A stretch of DNA of 64,000 nucleotides, taken from the NCBI GenBank assembly GCA_963701855.1, contig CAVPBK010000012.1, forward strand, positions 32,001 to 96,000. Direction: 5' to 3'. Under the pieces are notes generated by a model. That model saw nothing but the letters and a program-made list of their open reading frames with translations, ran no database searches and was not told where the DNA came from. The position numbers and the translations under genes were made by a program. The DNA comes from Nitrospirota bacterium (GTDB lineage: Bacteria > Nitrospirota > Nitrospiria > Nitrospirales > Nitrospiraceae). The stretch's first letter is position 1, and each line of letters begins with the position of its first letter. Shown here piece by piece: positions 63,825 through 64,000 of the stretch.

Positions 63825-64000
63825 TCAGTATCTTCCTCATGAGTACGCCAGACGAGTTTCGACTGGATGGGTTAGTCTCTTCGAAACCGCGTGGACTAAG
63901 CCTAAACCGTAGCGTGACGATAAGTATGCGTAGAATTAGACCGCGATAAACTAGGGGAAACCCTGGAGGGCAGAACAGTCCATCATTGGAATGGTATTCG

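Noticed and set aside
1..64000. CRISPR array or cas genes
   Set aside because: No regularly spaced repeat-spacer series or Cas motifs were seen; the repeats are gene fragments or promoters.

Overview
Bacterial DNA, probably from a Nitrospira-like organism (inferred from the gene families). Bases 1-39532 form a mosaic, partly decayed island cluster anchored on an intact tRNA-Glu(TTC) gene at 39533-39610. An 18-bp copy of that tRNA's 3' end lies at 23237-23254, inside the tail of a truncated serine recombinase, and a frameshifted DUF6538/tyrosine integrase sits next to the tRNA. The tRNA-proximal part encodes a minimal polymerase with PolA/T7-RNAP-type motifs (TV-Pol-like, frameshifted). It is followed by iteron-like repeats, a SIR2-like gene cleanly split by an IS200 element, and a DUF4145 gene. 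The island reuses a small set of parts: 9 copies of one sigma70-like promoter module, 3 of a second, 8 thermonuclease genes or fragments, 5 DUF72 3' fragments, 3 adhesin-E-like genes and an 18-bp palindromic operator-like motif. Unrelated cargo lies between these parts (SRAP-umuDC, TerB, SEC-C, SulP, Vgb, dienelactone hydrolase, a phage terS/TSCPD remnant). Bases 39.7-50.2 kb are mostly ordinary genes (lipoproteins, MarR, dioxygenase, GH63) with two MITE-like elements. Bases 52055-60958 are a second island bounded by 37-bp tRNA-Lys 3'-half repeats, carrying TPR/beta-barrel, FecR, CHASE2 adenylate cyclase and GAF-HD-GYP genes. All family calls come from reading motifs by eye; no database search was run.
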